Assembly (NCBI RefSeq): GCF_009834535.1
Contig: NC_045697.1
Span: 107,262,001-107,326,000, forward strand
From: Camelus ferus
Taxonomy: Eukaryota
Reading direction: 5' to 3'
DNA length: 64,000 nt
This document shows positions 1-12,673 of this stretch, piece by piece (the stretch's first letter is position 1; the number at the start of each line of letters is the position of its first letter). A program made the translations under genes and the position numbers. The notes under the pieces are model-generated. The model ran no database searches, was not told where the DNA came from, and was given only the letters and a program-made list of their open reading frames with translations.

Positions 1-582
1 CAAATGCACCTTTTTCATTGTATGCTATTTTCCTTTGGAAATCTAGCTGAATATGATATGCTAACTTCTAACTTTTAGAGGTTACCAACCTTTCACATTT
101 GATAAATAAGACATATTTTTCTTTTAAAATAGCTGAATCTTCCCATATGTGGTATCAACAAGCACAGCTCAACATGACCACCACCACATAACAGGACATG
201 TTTTATAGAGACTCTGATACAACAGCTTGCAACAATAATAGCGTAAGGTAAAAGATACAATAGTTAAAATCAAATTATAAATATTTGTAAGTGTATACAT
301 ATTCAGTGATCTACTTTATACAAAGCACCCTAGTTACAAATCTGAACACTGGTCAAACCTACGCTCTTACATACTACCCTAATAAAACCTGAGTGGAGGT
401 GTATCAAGCATAAAGCCTAGGCTATCCTAACAAAACTGCCTAAAAGAATTGGTTATGAAAACAACATAAGTTCAATAACAAAGAGAAACAAATCCCATGA
501 AGAAAACAAGTCATATATATACAACAAGCACTATACATTTGCGTAATAAGCTTAAAAACATTTTTGAATAGGTAGTATATTT

Positions 583-1133
583 TGATGGGAGTCCAGAACA
601 CACTACCCCAAAATACGGCACATTGGCATACTGATCATTTTAAGATGAAGGAATCTGAGTAACAGTAGGTGCAGTAAAGACTCTCTGACCCCGCCACCCT
701 CCCCTGAAGCAGATCATAGAAACAGCAGGTTCTAGGATGGCCCTGTAATTTCACCCCTTATAATCAGAGGTGCCTTCCTTACACCCAAACAAAAAGAGCA
801 TCCTTATCTCAAAAGACACAGGGATGCTGAGAAGAATCTGAATGAACAGGCTATGCTGATTCTCCCCCAGTTTACTACCCTTAGTTCAAACCCTTTGTCC
901 GACCAGGTTTTTCTTGAATTTCGACTCTTCATCAAACTTAAAATAAAAAAAAAACCCTCAAACTTAAATGTTTCTTTGGGTCTTCATTTCCTTATGAAGG
1001 CTCCCATGTTACATAAAACTTACATTAAATAAAATCATATACTTTCCTCCTGATAATCACTCTTGGTCAGCTTAAATTTCAGTTGCAGTCAGGGACCTTA
1101 AGAGGGTAAAGGCAAAGCTTCTCCTCCCCTACA
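583..1133 (+). mobile_element. ERV1-class solo LTR (MER34/MER39-like)
   Basis: TG...CA ends; start 'tgatgggagtccagaacacactaccccaaaatacggcac' and end 'ttctcctcccctaca' resemble recalled MER34-group LTRs; AATAAA near 1028. Confidence 0.75.
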
Positions 1134-1139
1134 AGTCAC

Positions 1140-2330
1140 ATGACTTACGTATAAAATAGTATATAGTGTAAAGTCCCCCTCACACCCAGTCCTCATCTAC
1201 ACAATTCCTCAACAACCAAGCAATCAGCCATTAATTCCAGGGTATTTTTGTGCATATAAACACATATATGAATTCTCATTTTCCCACTTGTTTAACTCAC
1301 TAATATCCACTATACACTCTGTTCCACACTTCCTTTTGTCACTTAATATATCTTGGAGAAATATCTCAGAATAGTTTAAATTTGCAGTCCCTTACAATGA
1401 GTAGGTTGAGCATCTTTTCATAAATCGAAAGTATTTTTTACTTAGTTTTCTACAGGTTTTTGGTCATGACTTTCATCCATTTTTTTATTAGGCTGTCTTT
1501 TCCTATCTTTTTTAAGGAGCACTTTGTATTTTAGAAATGTTATCTTTGCTCTGGTCCTTTGTCCTGGTTCAAATTTGTCATTTGCCTTTTGATTTTGCTT
1601 ATGGTATTGTTCGGTTTTTGGTCACAAAGGTTTGTATCTGTTTTAATGTAGTAAAAAAAAAATAGTCTTTATTCCTCTTTAATGGTTTCAGATTCTAAAC
1701 TACAGTTAGAAAATTCTTATACACTCCAAGGTTACAGAAGAATTATCTGTGTTATCCTCTAGTACTTTTACGGTTTCTTCCATTCCCCACCTCCACTTCA
1801 CTACCCATTTAATTGATCGATATGTTAAATTTACTGATGCTCCAACTTTTCTTTCTGATGAATCCTCTATTATCCCAACACCATTTATTGAATAGTTTGA
1901 CTTTTCCCTGGTGTTTTGAGATTCATCCTTTATAATACATTAAAGTCTTATATGGAATTTTGTATGTTTCTGGACTTTCTTTTCTTTTTCCCCGGTCAGC
2001 CTATCTCTTCATGTGTCAACACTACATCTTTTAAATTAATGACATTTGGTAATAATGTTAGTATTTGGTAGTAAGTCACCTCTCATAGCTCTTTACAGAG
2101 CCTTCTTGGATATTTTTACTTGTTTACTTTGCCTCACTTTTCCTTAATAGTTAGCTTGCTCTATTTTCTCCCCACAAAAAGAAAAGCGGTTAATTAGTAT
2201 TTTCCTGGGGTTTCATTAAATTTATAAAATAACCTAAAGAAATGTTAAGTTACTAAAACTTTATGATGTTGAGTCTTCCCATTTTAGCAAATATGCTTTT
2301 CCGCTTGTTCATGCCTTTTGTGTGCCCTTT
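1140..2330 (-). mobile_element. Old, decayed LINE-1 fragment (L1ME-like)
   Basis: T-rich antisense L1 motifs ('gttgagcatcttttcata', 'cccaacaccatttattgaatagt', 'tttatgatgttgagtcttccc'). Confidence 0.65.
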
Positions 2331-2955
2331 GGGAATGTTTTAAGGACTTTTTCGAGTAATTCGAACTGTAGTTTAGAGATATATACAGGATACTACTGGC
2401 AGTACATAATTGTGCCCAGAAATACCTGGAAGGACCAGGAAGATGTTGACATTTAAGCTTGGTCTTCATTAATGATTACTGATAAGCAAGATAGAGAAGA
2501 ATTAAGGGCAAAGGGAGATGCCACGCGGAAGGAATTTTGAAAGATAAGTGTAAGAATGGATGCTGAAAGAACATGGTTCATTTAAGACACTGAGTTATTT
2601 GGTAAAGCAATAAGATTACAGCATTTCTAGGAGGGACATGTAATAAAAATACTAAGTAAGCAGTGTCAATGGTAAGCAGGTTTTGGACTACTAAAGGCTT
2701 TGTGAACCACGAGGAGTCAGAGTCTAATCCTTACAGGTAAGGGCAAGCTTTATAAACTGCTTAAAAAGGCAACTACCTGATTTTTAAATGGATTTGACTT
2801 GTAAACCCTACTATTCCACTCATTTGTAGCTAAAAATAAATTCACTACAAAAAACAGAAAGGATAAAAAACAAAAAATGGGACATAAATATACGCAAACT
2901 GCCACAGAAAGAGAAATGAATTTAACAGTAGTTCAACTGTACTTTTTGTTTATAC

Positions 2956-3431
2956 TGACAAAGACTCTCTACCAAACTTTAGTCAGGTTCCTCTGAACCA
3001 TCATCTCAGCTAGGCCCTCTGTCTCTGTCCAACCTACACCTCGGAGCTTCAGCCAGAATCCTACATCAGTTTAGGGAGAATCCCCTATCCTCAATATCTG
3101 ACCACCCTCCTATCTGATCAAATTCCTCATTTCTCCACCGTCCTCCAGCTGACAGCTAATCAGCCTGGCCTGCCTTCAGCAAGAGTCCCACTAAAGTCTG
3201 TTTAACCAGAATCCCTCTCTCCCTAGATATTTCCTCCTATTAATTTCCCATCCACTGAACCCCCTCCTCACTCCTGACCTTGCTCCTTGGCTATAAATCC
3301 CCACTTTTCCTTGTTGTATTCAAAACTGAGTAAGTTCTATACTCAGGTTTTTGTTCCCCTAGTGCAATAGTTCCTGAATAAAATTCAATTTTACTGCTTT
3401 AACTATTATCTGACTCTGGTTCTCTTCAACA
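2956..3431 (+). mobile_element. ERV1-class solo LTR (MER31/MER67-like)
   Basis: TG...CA ends, TATAAA at about 3292, AATAAA at about 3377, near-matching 4-bp flanks atac/ataa; 'accaaactttagtcagg' resembles the recalled MER31/67 start. Confidence 0.75.
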
Positions 3432-4730
3432 ATAATATATATATATGTTTTAAATTAATTTCAATATACTTTTTAAAATTACCTCCACCAATTTTTCTGA
3501 ACGGAGTTTTAAAGAAATCCTGAATATGAAAAGCAAGCTAATTCATGCAATTGTTTCTTCCTAGAATTTTAAGTGGTCTAATATTCAGATGTTACATCAA
3601 AGTTGCAACTTTTGGTTTTAAGTTCACCTTTTTTAGTAAGCAATACTACTAAATATAAAAACAAACTTTACTCTTTCATAAAATGATTTTGAACAACACT
3701 TCCTTATTAACATCAAGTGAGGATGCAATTTAAAGAGAAACCTTCCAACCACTTTGTAGTCTCTTAATCTCTATAAATATCATACTAACATATGGAAAGA
3801 TTCCATAATTAATGTAAAAGAAATTTACTTTAAAAAATATATTCTTCCCTCCAACTTCCTTAAAAATGAAGATTACCATCTAATCAATAATTGTTCCCTG
3901 TTCCACAACATGCTTGAAAATATATGTAATAAATACCAAGCTGAGCTCATTTTGGTGGACAATAAGGTTTTTAAGTACTTGCAACAATAGCTAAGATATA
4001 CAGAATGGGTACTCTATACTGTTCTAAGCATTGTATTGAGAGAATCTTCAGAACAGCCCTAAAAAGACAGGTAGTATAATACTCATTTCATATAGATGAA
4101 GATCGAAAGCACAGTGAAATAAAATAGTATCACACAGTTACTAACTTACTAATCTTTTCTTTTTTAAAAACAGTCATCTTGACCAATTTTGTTTTCTGAA
4201 GAACAACCTAGACAGGTGATCTCATCCAAAGCTAGAATAATAAACTATAACAGAATTGTTTAGATACCTATTTAGCAAAACGTTCTAAAACTTTTAAAAA
4301 CATGTACGGACACCTCCTTCTGTAACTTTATGAATTTATCCTGCAAAATACCAGGAGCAGGCTCATCACTGCTCAAAGACAAGGGAAAATTAAACTATGG
4401 CGCATATGCAATACGTTGTAACACAACTCAGTAGATTTTTAAAATACCACCTCCACCAATTTTCCCAAATAACACTTTGGAAAATGTCAGAATATGAAAA
4501 GTAAACTTGAATCATTTACTCAATCACTCCTTTCAAGAATTGCAAGTGGTCTGATAGCATTTAGACGTTACATCAAAGCTGCAGCTTTTGCCCTTAACTT
4601 TATTTCTCCATAATATGATGTAATATACATATACCTAATAATACACAGCCACTAAAATTCATTTAAAAGTATATCATTAATTGAAATACTGTAAAATACC
4701 ACAAATGTGGTATTTCTGTAAGAACATAAT

Positions 4731-4783
<53 letters not shown>
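4731..4783. repeat. (TATATG)n microsatellite, about 9 units
   Basis: Direct reading. Confidence 0.95.
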
Positions 4784-5662
4784 TTATGTATAGAAGACTG
4801 GAAAGTCTTTCACCAAAATATTAAGCTATGTACAGATGACTGAATAACAAATGATTCCTGAATTTTGTGTAGAGTTATAGTAGGTTCCAAATTTACTACA
4901 ATGAGCATATATTATTTTAAATATTTTTAAAATACTATTTGGTTTAAAAATTTTTAAAGCCAACGAAAACTTTAGAAATTAAGTGTAAAATACTGAAAAT
5001 CCATGAAATATGAACATTTTGTAACTCTTTTGAAATTTCTTAAAATATGTGGCTTTTAATTTTATTATACAGCCACCACAAACCCACACATACAAATAAC
5101 ATGCATTTTATATACATCAGTTTGTATCTTAAAAAATTTTAAATGCTTTTTAGAAACCACTTACAGAATTCTAACAAAATTGACTCCCATATGCTCTTTA
5201 CTTAAACTAAACTGTACTTTCTTCTTTTTTTTAAACAGAGAAAAGCCTTCTTAGATACCAGTAATGATTAGAGAATGTAATGGGATAAATATTTCCTTTA
5301 TAATAGCAACAGAAACCGTAATTATGTAATACACATCATATATACATAATACACCCCAAAATGTTAAAGGCCTACCTAAAGAATACCAAACTTGATTGAA
5401 AATTCTAGAATAAATGAACCATGTTAACTGGATGGAAAGTGTCAATATTGTAGAAATATAATCACTTTAAAAATAAACTAAAAATAAGGCATAATCCCAA
5501 TAAAAATCACAATACAATTTTTCTAATGAATTTGAAAAATTGATCCTAAAATTCACCTGTGAGCAAACATGCGCAAGAAATTTTTGAAAGAAAAAAGGTG
5601 GACTTATTCTGTAGGTAGCAAACTTACTGTAAAGTTACAGTGATCAAAAGAGTGCAGTTTTA

Positions 5663-5796
5663 GGGGGGAGGGTATAGCTCAAGTGCTAGAGCACATGCTT
5701 AGCATGCAAGAGGTCCTGGGTTCAATCCCCAGTATCTCCTCTAAAAATAAATTAAATAAATAAATAAACAAACCTAATTAACCCCTCCCTCAAAAA
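5663..5796 (+). mobile_element. tRNA-derived SINE, camelid Vic-1-like
   Basis: A box 'tagctcaagtg', B box 'ggttcaatccc', (AAAT)n, 'cctaatta..cctccc' tail; TSD agtgcagtttt at 5651-5661 and 5797-5807. Confidence 0.9.
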
Positions 5797-5961
5797 AGTG
5801 CAGTTTTGGCCCAGAAATAGGTATACAAAACAAAGAATTGAATAATTATGTTCACTTTAGTTTTCTTTTATGTTGATATAATTTATGTATCTAAATGCAT
5901 GCATCTTACATATAGCAAATAGTGAATTTTCACAAGCACAAACACCTCTTTGACTAACACA

Positions 5962-6420
5962 TCGATTCAACAAAAATCTATTAAATACAAGATATGGGTG
6001 AGGACTGTGCTAAAATCTGAGGTGCAGCAGTAACTAGATAACACATGGTCTCCCCTTGATGAGGCTCACAGCCTAAAGGACTAGATGATATACAAGTAGA
6101 TAAATAAGTTAATCAGAGACTCAGGCTACACTGTGACGTCATCAGGAACTAAACCTGTGTGATAGAAAGTAACCTAGGCAGGAGGAGGCCTCCCTGAGAA
6201 ACACCTTCAAGTCAAGCCAGGCAGGATGGGATGAGAGGGCGCAGGGGTGCAGAAAGTGTAGAGGGTTGGGGCGAGAACATTCCATGAAAGCAAAACACAG
6301 CCCAGGCCAAGTCCTGTGGGACCAACAGCCTAGCTGTTCAAGGAACCTAAAGACCAGTGTGTTCAGCACAAAGTGAGGAGGCTGAGGGAATGATGAGACC
6401 GGGGAGAGGACCTAGAAGAG
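5962..6420 (-). mobile_element. LINE-2 3' fragment
   Basis: 'attcaacaaaaatctatt...actgtgctaaaatctgaggtgcagcagt...gctcacagccta' resembles the antisense L2 3' end. Confidence 0.55.
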
Positions 6421-6724
6421 GTCTGCGTTGGCATACATTTTCCAAAGCAACGCACACAGATGGTTGGGGTGGGGGTGGGGGGCGGTTTCCTTCCAGAACA
6501 GTACCTGGAGGAATTTTCATTTTGAAAAACACGGGGAGAAGGAAAATGCCATTACCTGAACTCAGCCGTCTGCACAGATGCAGCAGCACCCCATCCAGAG
6601 ACATCAGTGGCTGCTGCGTGCCCCGCTCAAAGCAGCCTACAGCTCCCGTCCTAGGTGGCTCCTCACGGCTCACAAGCTTCTGTGTCCTTGGCTAATTGCT
6701 TAAACCTCATTTTAAAGTCTAGAA

Positions 6725-6887
6725 CAGTGCTTCTCAGCTCTGGCTGCCAACACCAAGTGCGTCAGAATCTCAGTGTCAGGCCACACCCCTGACTCGTTAA
6801 ATCAGCATCCCTGGAGGCGGGCACAAGCACCAGGGCTTTGAAAGCCCCCAGGTGATTTCAATGAGCAGACAAGGTTGAGAACAGCTG
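6725..6887. mobile_element. hAT-Charlie MITE (MER5-like)
   Basis: TIRs 'cagtgcttctca' / 'ttgagaacagctg'; internal 'aaatcagcatccctggagg', 'ccccaggtgatttcaatg'. Confidence 0.75.
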
Positions 6888-7128
6888 ATCTGGAAGGATA
6901 CTCCTCAAGAGAAAACGAAAAAGGACCTCATTTTACCTCCCAAGTGGTGAAGGTTACCAAGGCACCAGGCTCTTCTCTGGGAGACCAGGCCCCTCCCCCA
7001 GGTGAAAGCGCCCACTCTGGACCGCCCAGCTTGCACTGCGCTCTCCTTAAGCTCCTCGAACCTGGGGGCTCCACAGGTCAACAGACCTGTGCGCTGGGCC
7101 TGCTACAGGTACAGGAGTTGCTAGGCTT

Positions 7129-7530
7129 TGTAACCCAGCAAAGGCTTGTGTGCCCACGGCGCAGAAAGCCAAACTCAGACAGCGAAGTTTGCAACAAAGT
7201 AAGGGTTTTTTTTGGTTTTTTTTTGGTTTTTTTTGCAGGGCTCCCAGCAAGGGAATGGGAAACAAGTCTCAGATCCACTCCAACTTGGTCTCTGAGTTAG
7301 GGGTGTTTTTAAAGGGGAAGAACAAAGAAGCTGGGATTAATCATCGTCTTGTGACACTTCTTAATTGCAGTTTCAGAGGTCAGGTTGTCTCCGGTTTATG
7401 ATTCTCTGACCAGGTGGTCCATACCTCCGGGGCCTGTTGGCTCACCTGGAGACACAACCTGAGTTTGTATATGAATAATTGTACTTTCTTCTTAAATAAA
7501 ATGACTCACATTTATGTTTAAGCCATTTCA
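7129..7530 (-). mobile_element. ERV1-like solo LTR, same orientation as LRBA
   Basis: TG...CA ends (minus strand starts TGAAATGGCTTAAAC); 'gtgtgccca..gcag.aagccaaac', 'gtttgcaacaaag' and 'aacaagtctcagatccac' resemble antisense R/U5 of recalled ERV1 LTRs; no clear TSD. Confidence 0.6.
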
Positions 7531-10269
7531 TCAGACTGTTAACAGCAAGTAAAATCTTAAAATAATCCAAATAAGTCAAGATAATTAAATACTTTACCCA
7601 AATTCGTTATCTGGGGAAAAAATCGAAATCATATTATATCTTTAAGTAAGTGTGAAAAACTTTCACTTGTTGATTATTTTAAGTCATAGGCCCATTCTAC
7701 CCTGGGAATATAGGCCTAGACAAAATATAGTATCTAAAGATTGTAGTTTTATTTGTTTAGGAAAAAAATGTTTTTGGACAGTTCTCATAATTCAGAACAT
7801 ATTAAATGCTTTAATCTAAATTTCAATGAAAGAGTAGAACCATTTTAGCATACCAAGTAAAAACAGTCTTATTTAATTATTCAAGATAATGTTCAATTTG
7901 AAAAAAACAAAAAAAAGATGAATAATAAAAACCTATAAAACACACAAGAAAATAATGAAATTAAACACCTGAAACCCGACACCAAAGTAACTAACATAGT
8001 GCAGTTACACTAGATGAGCCTATTACCGCTTATAAAACCTAGTTCAAGTGTTGGAGGAGAGGGATACAGTGACAAACAGCTTCCCTGCTACAAAGGTGGC
8101 AGGATATCTATCAAACTGGACAATAAAATTGCAATTGAGTTTCTTTGGCTTTTTATAGCAGCTACATGAATCCTGATGTAACTCTGCAAAAGCTATCCAA
8201 TTCTGCAACATTAGTTTTTTACACACCAGTTCTTTATAAATAACCATGTTATAAATTTGTGATATTGAGTTTTAAATGGCTGCAAAAAGGAAAAAAAATA
8301 TGCATCTCTTTAGTATTAAATGCATGAAAATATTTATAAACCTTTAGAATATCTACAGAGAAAAAAATTGGGTTTCAATAATTTCAGAATTATCAGCATC
8401 CTACAAATTGTTTACCTACTTACTGAATCACTTCAGCTCCATCCTAAACTTTATTAAATATTGATTTGAAGAGCTATAGAGTGTAAGTTTTCCATTTTAT
8501 TTTAAAAATACATACAAAGATATTAAAATTCCAAAAACATTAACAAAGCTACACTCAAATAAACTATTTTATATAAACCCTATTAAAGAGAAAAACTCTT
8601 TAATCAATGAAGAAAAGTCATAAAAAGAAATAACACTGAAAGACATTTATGAAACGTTAAAATTAAAGGTGAAACCCACAAGAAGCAACTTGTAACTTTA
8701 ATGTTTTCTTTTCCACTTCTTAGAGTAAAGCTTTAACAGTTATTTTTTTAAAGTATACTTAACAGCAAAAAGGGATAGGTGCAGTTTTACTTAGATAAAA
8801 CACTCTGCAATGAATTTAATATGCATCTATTCCACTTTATAATTGTAATCCTAAAACTTGAGTCAAAGACTGGTTCTTGGCTCAATGTAGGCAAAAGAGG
8901 CCTCTCCATAAAGTAACTATTTTCTTTTCAAAGGTTTTAAGATCTGTTTAAAGCCATAAGTCACTGGAGCAAAGAAAAATATGAGCTAATTAAATATATA
9001 CATATATATTTTTTTTTCCACACAGAAAACTCAAAGCCTCCTTTGGATTTGTTGTATGTAAATTTGAGCCTCAAAAATAATGATTTCAGATGCTACATAA
9101 GAATAGTTTATATTTCCTCCTTTAATATTTTCTGTGCCTTAAAATAAGCTCTCAGAAAGAAAAAATATGTTTTGCTTTACGATAAAAAAGTATACTGAAA
9201 TTAGCACAACACTGTAAACTGGCTTTACTTAGATTTAAAAAAATGTATGATGGGTCTTAACTGGGGTCTATATTTAATTTATGTAGAATTCTTCTATCCT
9301 CAAGATGTAGACTTTCTAAAGAGTATATTATATTAGTATCTTAGTGTGAAAGTGGGAAGGGGAGAATTTTATAATAGTAAAAATAATTCCCTGTACACTC
9401 ACTGGTGTGCTCAAAATTTGAACTGCGTAAGACGGGCTTATTTTAAAATACAGATTTCTAGGAACATCCCAAGAGACTCAAATTAAGATATTGAGATAGG
9501 GTCCAGGAAACCATAGTAAGATGCACATCCCAAGGTGAGGTGATTCCCCCACATACTCTGTGTGACAAGGACACAGACACTTTCATCACTGATAAGAGAG
9601 GACTGAGGCGCTAAGGCACATACAGGGCTGCATGGTGCCCCATGACAGTGGCACCGAAGAGCCCTAACCAGTCATGGTGTACTTCTTCCTTCTCCTTCCT
9701 GAAACAAGTATTTACTGTGCAACTGCCAAGTCCTCAGCACTATGCACAGCCGTGGGAGACGTGGAGTATACAGCCTTTCATCCCTACTGATGAGAGCTCA
9801 TAAGTAACAGCCACTTTCAACCAGTAACACAGCATGACAGTTATCACAGGATCAGACAAGACCAAATGCCAGTCCACATCTGCTACATTACTCACCACCG
9901 CTCTTCTTCATGTACATTACACACCCCATGCAAACCAAACAATTCCCCACGTGTTTCCCTCAGTGATACCACCTCTGCACCTCTGCTTATGCCAATTCCT
10001 CCACCAGTGATTCTCATCACCTCAATCGCTACGTGCCCAAATCTTATTTATTACTCTTCAAGACTGTAGTCGAGTGACATCTGCTCTACAAACATCTGAA
10101 AGGCCCTCTCCTTTCACTGTGAATCTCTCTTCTATGGCATTTATGCCTTCCTGCCTCGTTTTTCAGTACATGTATTAACTTCCATATTTGAATGTAATTT
10201 CTTTCAGGATAAGACCTCTTCCTGATTCATATCTCTATCTTTCACAGTAACCTAAAGGTACTCAAATAG

Positions 10270-10600
10270 AAGAAGACAGGAAAAACAAAAGGGAGGAATG
10301 GAAACAACAAAAAGAGGAAAGACAAAGTATACTGGGAAAGAAAGAGGTGGGCAACTGTGGTAAGACCTAGACATAGTGACCAAAAATGAGTGAAAGAGAC
10401 CATGGAGGGTCAGGCCAACCACAGACAGGGGAGGACGGAGCAGACAAAACATACCAAATGGAGAAAAAGAGGAGGAGGCTGGGGGAAAGAGGGGGAGTAA
10501 GGAAGTGGGGGGTGGGAGAAGCAGGGGAGAAAGGGAGAGAGGAGGGAGGAGGGGGAGGAAGAAAGAGGGAAAGGAGGGGAGGGAGGGGGAGAAAAACAAC
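10270..10600. repeat. Purine-rich (GA) low-complexity tract, G-run rich at 10470-10590
   Basis: Direct reading; explains the low-complexity ORFs 10252..10599, 10386..10604 and 10410..10673. Confidence 0.85.
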
Positions 10601-11217
10601 TTAAGAAAGACACCAAGAGAAAATTAAGTGCTGTAAATTCATACAGGAATGACAACATGGCCTGAGAGTACAAAAAACTGTCATATAACAGTGATGTAGC
10701 CAGCTAAATCATAAACAATATAAATAATTTGGGTAAGTACAAATGAGCACAAAGTTCATGTCACAAATAAACAAAAATGATGATTTAACAAAGCCTGATT
10801 AATTTTAAAAAGAGTAGAACCAACATAGCCAGAGTGGAGATTTTTATCAAGTGAAATTGTGTAAGGTGAGGTAGGAAGTACGTTTTTTCAAGGGAAATAG
10901 TGAAAAATTAGGTAGAAATCGTTTGCCTTTCTAAGAAGATGAGAACAGAGTGTTTATGGAGGGGAATAACATTTTTAAATAAAGTTATTTTTAGCTTAAT
11001 AAATCTAGAAGAAAATAATACCTAAGGCTACAGACCATTAGAAATATCCAGACTAGAAGTAATCTGGACATGTACAAAGAACTACAAATCATTAAGAATC
11101 ATTCAAAGTAGGCAAAAGACAAAACCTTACAAAAATAAGAAGTCTAACAGTATAAAGGATTAGGAACTGATATTACTTAGAACCTAGCAATTCTATTCCT
11201 ACTAATATTTCCTAGAG

Positions 11218-11518
11218 CAGAGCTGTTTTCACACTGAAGATGACTCAGTTGGCGGATTATGGAATCAACTTATTGAGGCATCATCAGCATTTTTAAATGA
11301 AAAAGAATAAAGAACATTCCAGTGCATCACTATATACCAAAATTTAAAGGGTAACACTGTCTCACGAAACTTCTGTTTCAGGTGTGTGGTGGGAGAAAGG
11401 TGTGTGTGCGTGTCTCTGTGTATGTGTGTGTCTGTGAGCAGGCACATGGGTGTACACAGACATATCTGGTCACAGTAAATGTCTCACTGTGAGTCACATG
11501 AAGTTTGAAAATGACAAC
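11218..11518. mobile_element. hAT-Charlie MITE (MER103-like) with internal (TG)n
   Basis: 'cagcatttttaaatgaaa', 'agtgcatcac', 'gaaacttctgtttcag' and 'actgtgagtcac..aagtttgaaa' match recalled MER103C. Confidence 0.7.
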
Positions 11519-12205
11519 TCTATTGAAATCGTTGCCTTTGAGCACCTGAGTTATTCACAGAAGTGAAAATGAATGAAGCAAATCTATATGTGACACTAAA
11601 GAAGAATCTCAGAGACAAAACGTTTGATGAGGAAAAATTAAGTAACAGAAGAGTCCACACAGTACAATGCCATTTTCATAAAATATAAAAATAGGCAAAA
11701 TGAGAGAATGTATCATTGAGGAATACTTTTTTTTAAACTTTTTTGAGAGGGGAATGTAAACACAAATTCAAGATGGCAATCAGGTTTAGCCTGCAGTAAG
11801 AATGAGAACAAAAGGATTAACTGGAGGAATGACAGAAGTGTAACAAAGGAAAATAATCATTTAATTCTATTTTCTGTTATTTCACTTATTAACTCCTAAT
11901 TCCAGATATATACACATATTACACATTTACCATTTCTAGTTTAGACATAAAGAAAAGTTTAGAAACTTCCCTGAGTTTACACAACTAAAAATCACTATAA
12001 ATCAGAATTCAAACCCAGGACTATCCTGTCTCCAAAGTTCATGTTCCCTTCATTACTTACACAAATGGAATGGTGACTGGATGTAAATACTTAGTAATAG
12101 ATGCTCAGAAACTCAAAGGTACCTGAGATATCTCCTAGTCCAACCCTTTTATTTTTTGGATAGAAAATTCTAGGAGACTAGGCTATTGGCCCTAGCCTAG
12201 GACTT

Positions 12206-12673
12206 CAGCAGTTCTCAGGCATTTTGGTCTCAGGATCCCTTACACTCTTACAAAAGTACATCCCCCAAACCTTCTATTTATATGAGGTATATCTATTACC
12301 ACTTATCATATTAGAAATTAAAACTAAGAAATTTACAAATAATTCATTTTAAAATAGTAATCCATCCAATGTATGTTAGTATAAGTAACATGTTTTCTGA
12401 AAAATGATTATTTTTCAAAACAAAAAAATAATAATGAGAAGAGCAGTATTATTGCAGTTTTGCAAATCTCTTTCCATTTTGGCTAAATAGAAGAAGGCTA
12501 CTTCCTAATATCTGTTTTTATATTGAATCTGTTGCATTATATTGCTTTGGTTGAAGTACATGGAAAACCCACCCTCTAACTAGGTAAGTAGCTGGGAAAG
12601 GAAAACCTCACCATTCCCTGAAATGGTCTCTTAGGCTCCCAACATCTTCAGGCTGTGCTTCAAGAAATTACTG
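12206..12673. mobile_element. hAT-Charlie element (Charlie1/MER119-like)
   Basis: Start 'cagcagttctca..ttttggtctcaggatcccttacactctta', 'catattagaaattaaaactaagaaattt', end 'agaaattactg'. Confidence 0.7.

Noticed and set aside
3483..3640. Duplicated segment as an alternative LRBA coding exon
   Set aside because: A donor-like site is present, but all three gene-strand frames contain stops.
6142..7401. Cluster of overlapping ORFs up to 141 aa as a nested gene
   Set aside because: ORFs run across L2, MER5 and LTR sequence on both strands, several begin at non-ATG codons, and none has a recognisable domain; explained by higher GC.
10252..10673. Pro/Ser/Leu-rich and Gly/Arg/Glu-rich ORFs
   Set aside because: Translations of the GA-rich low-complexity tract.
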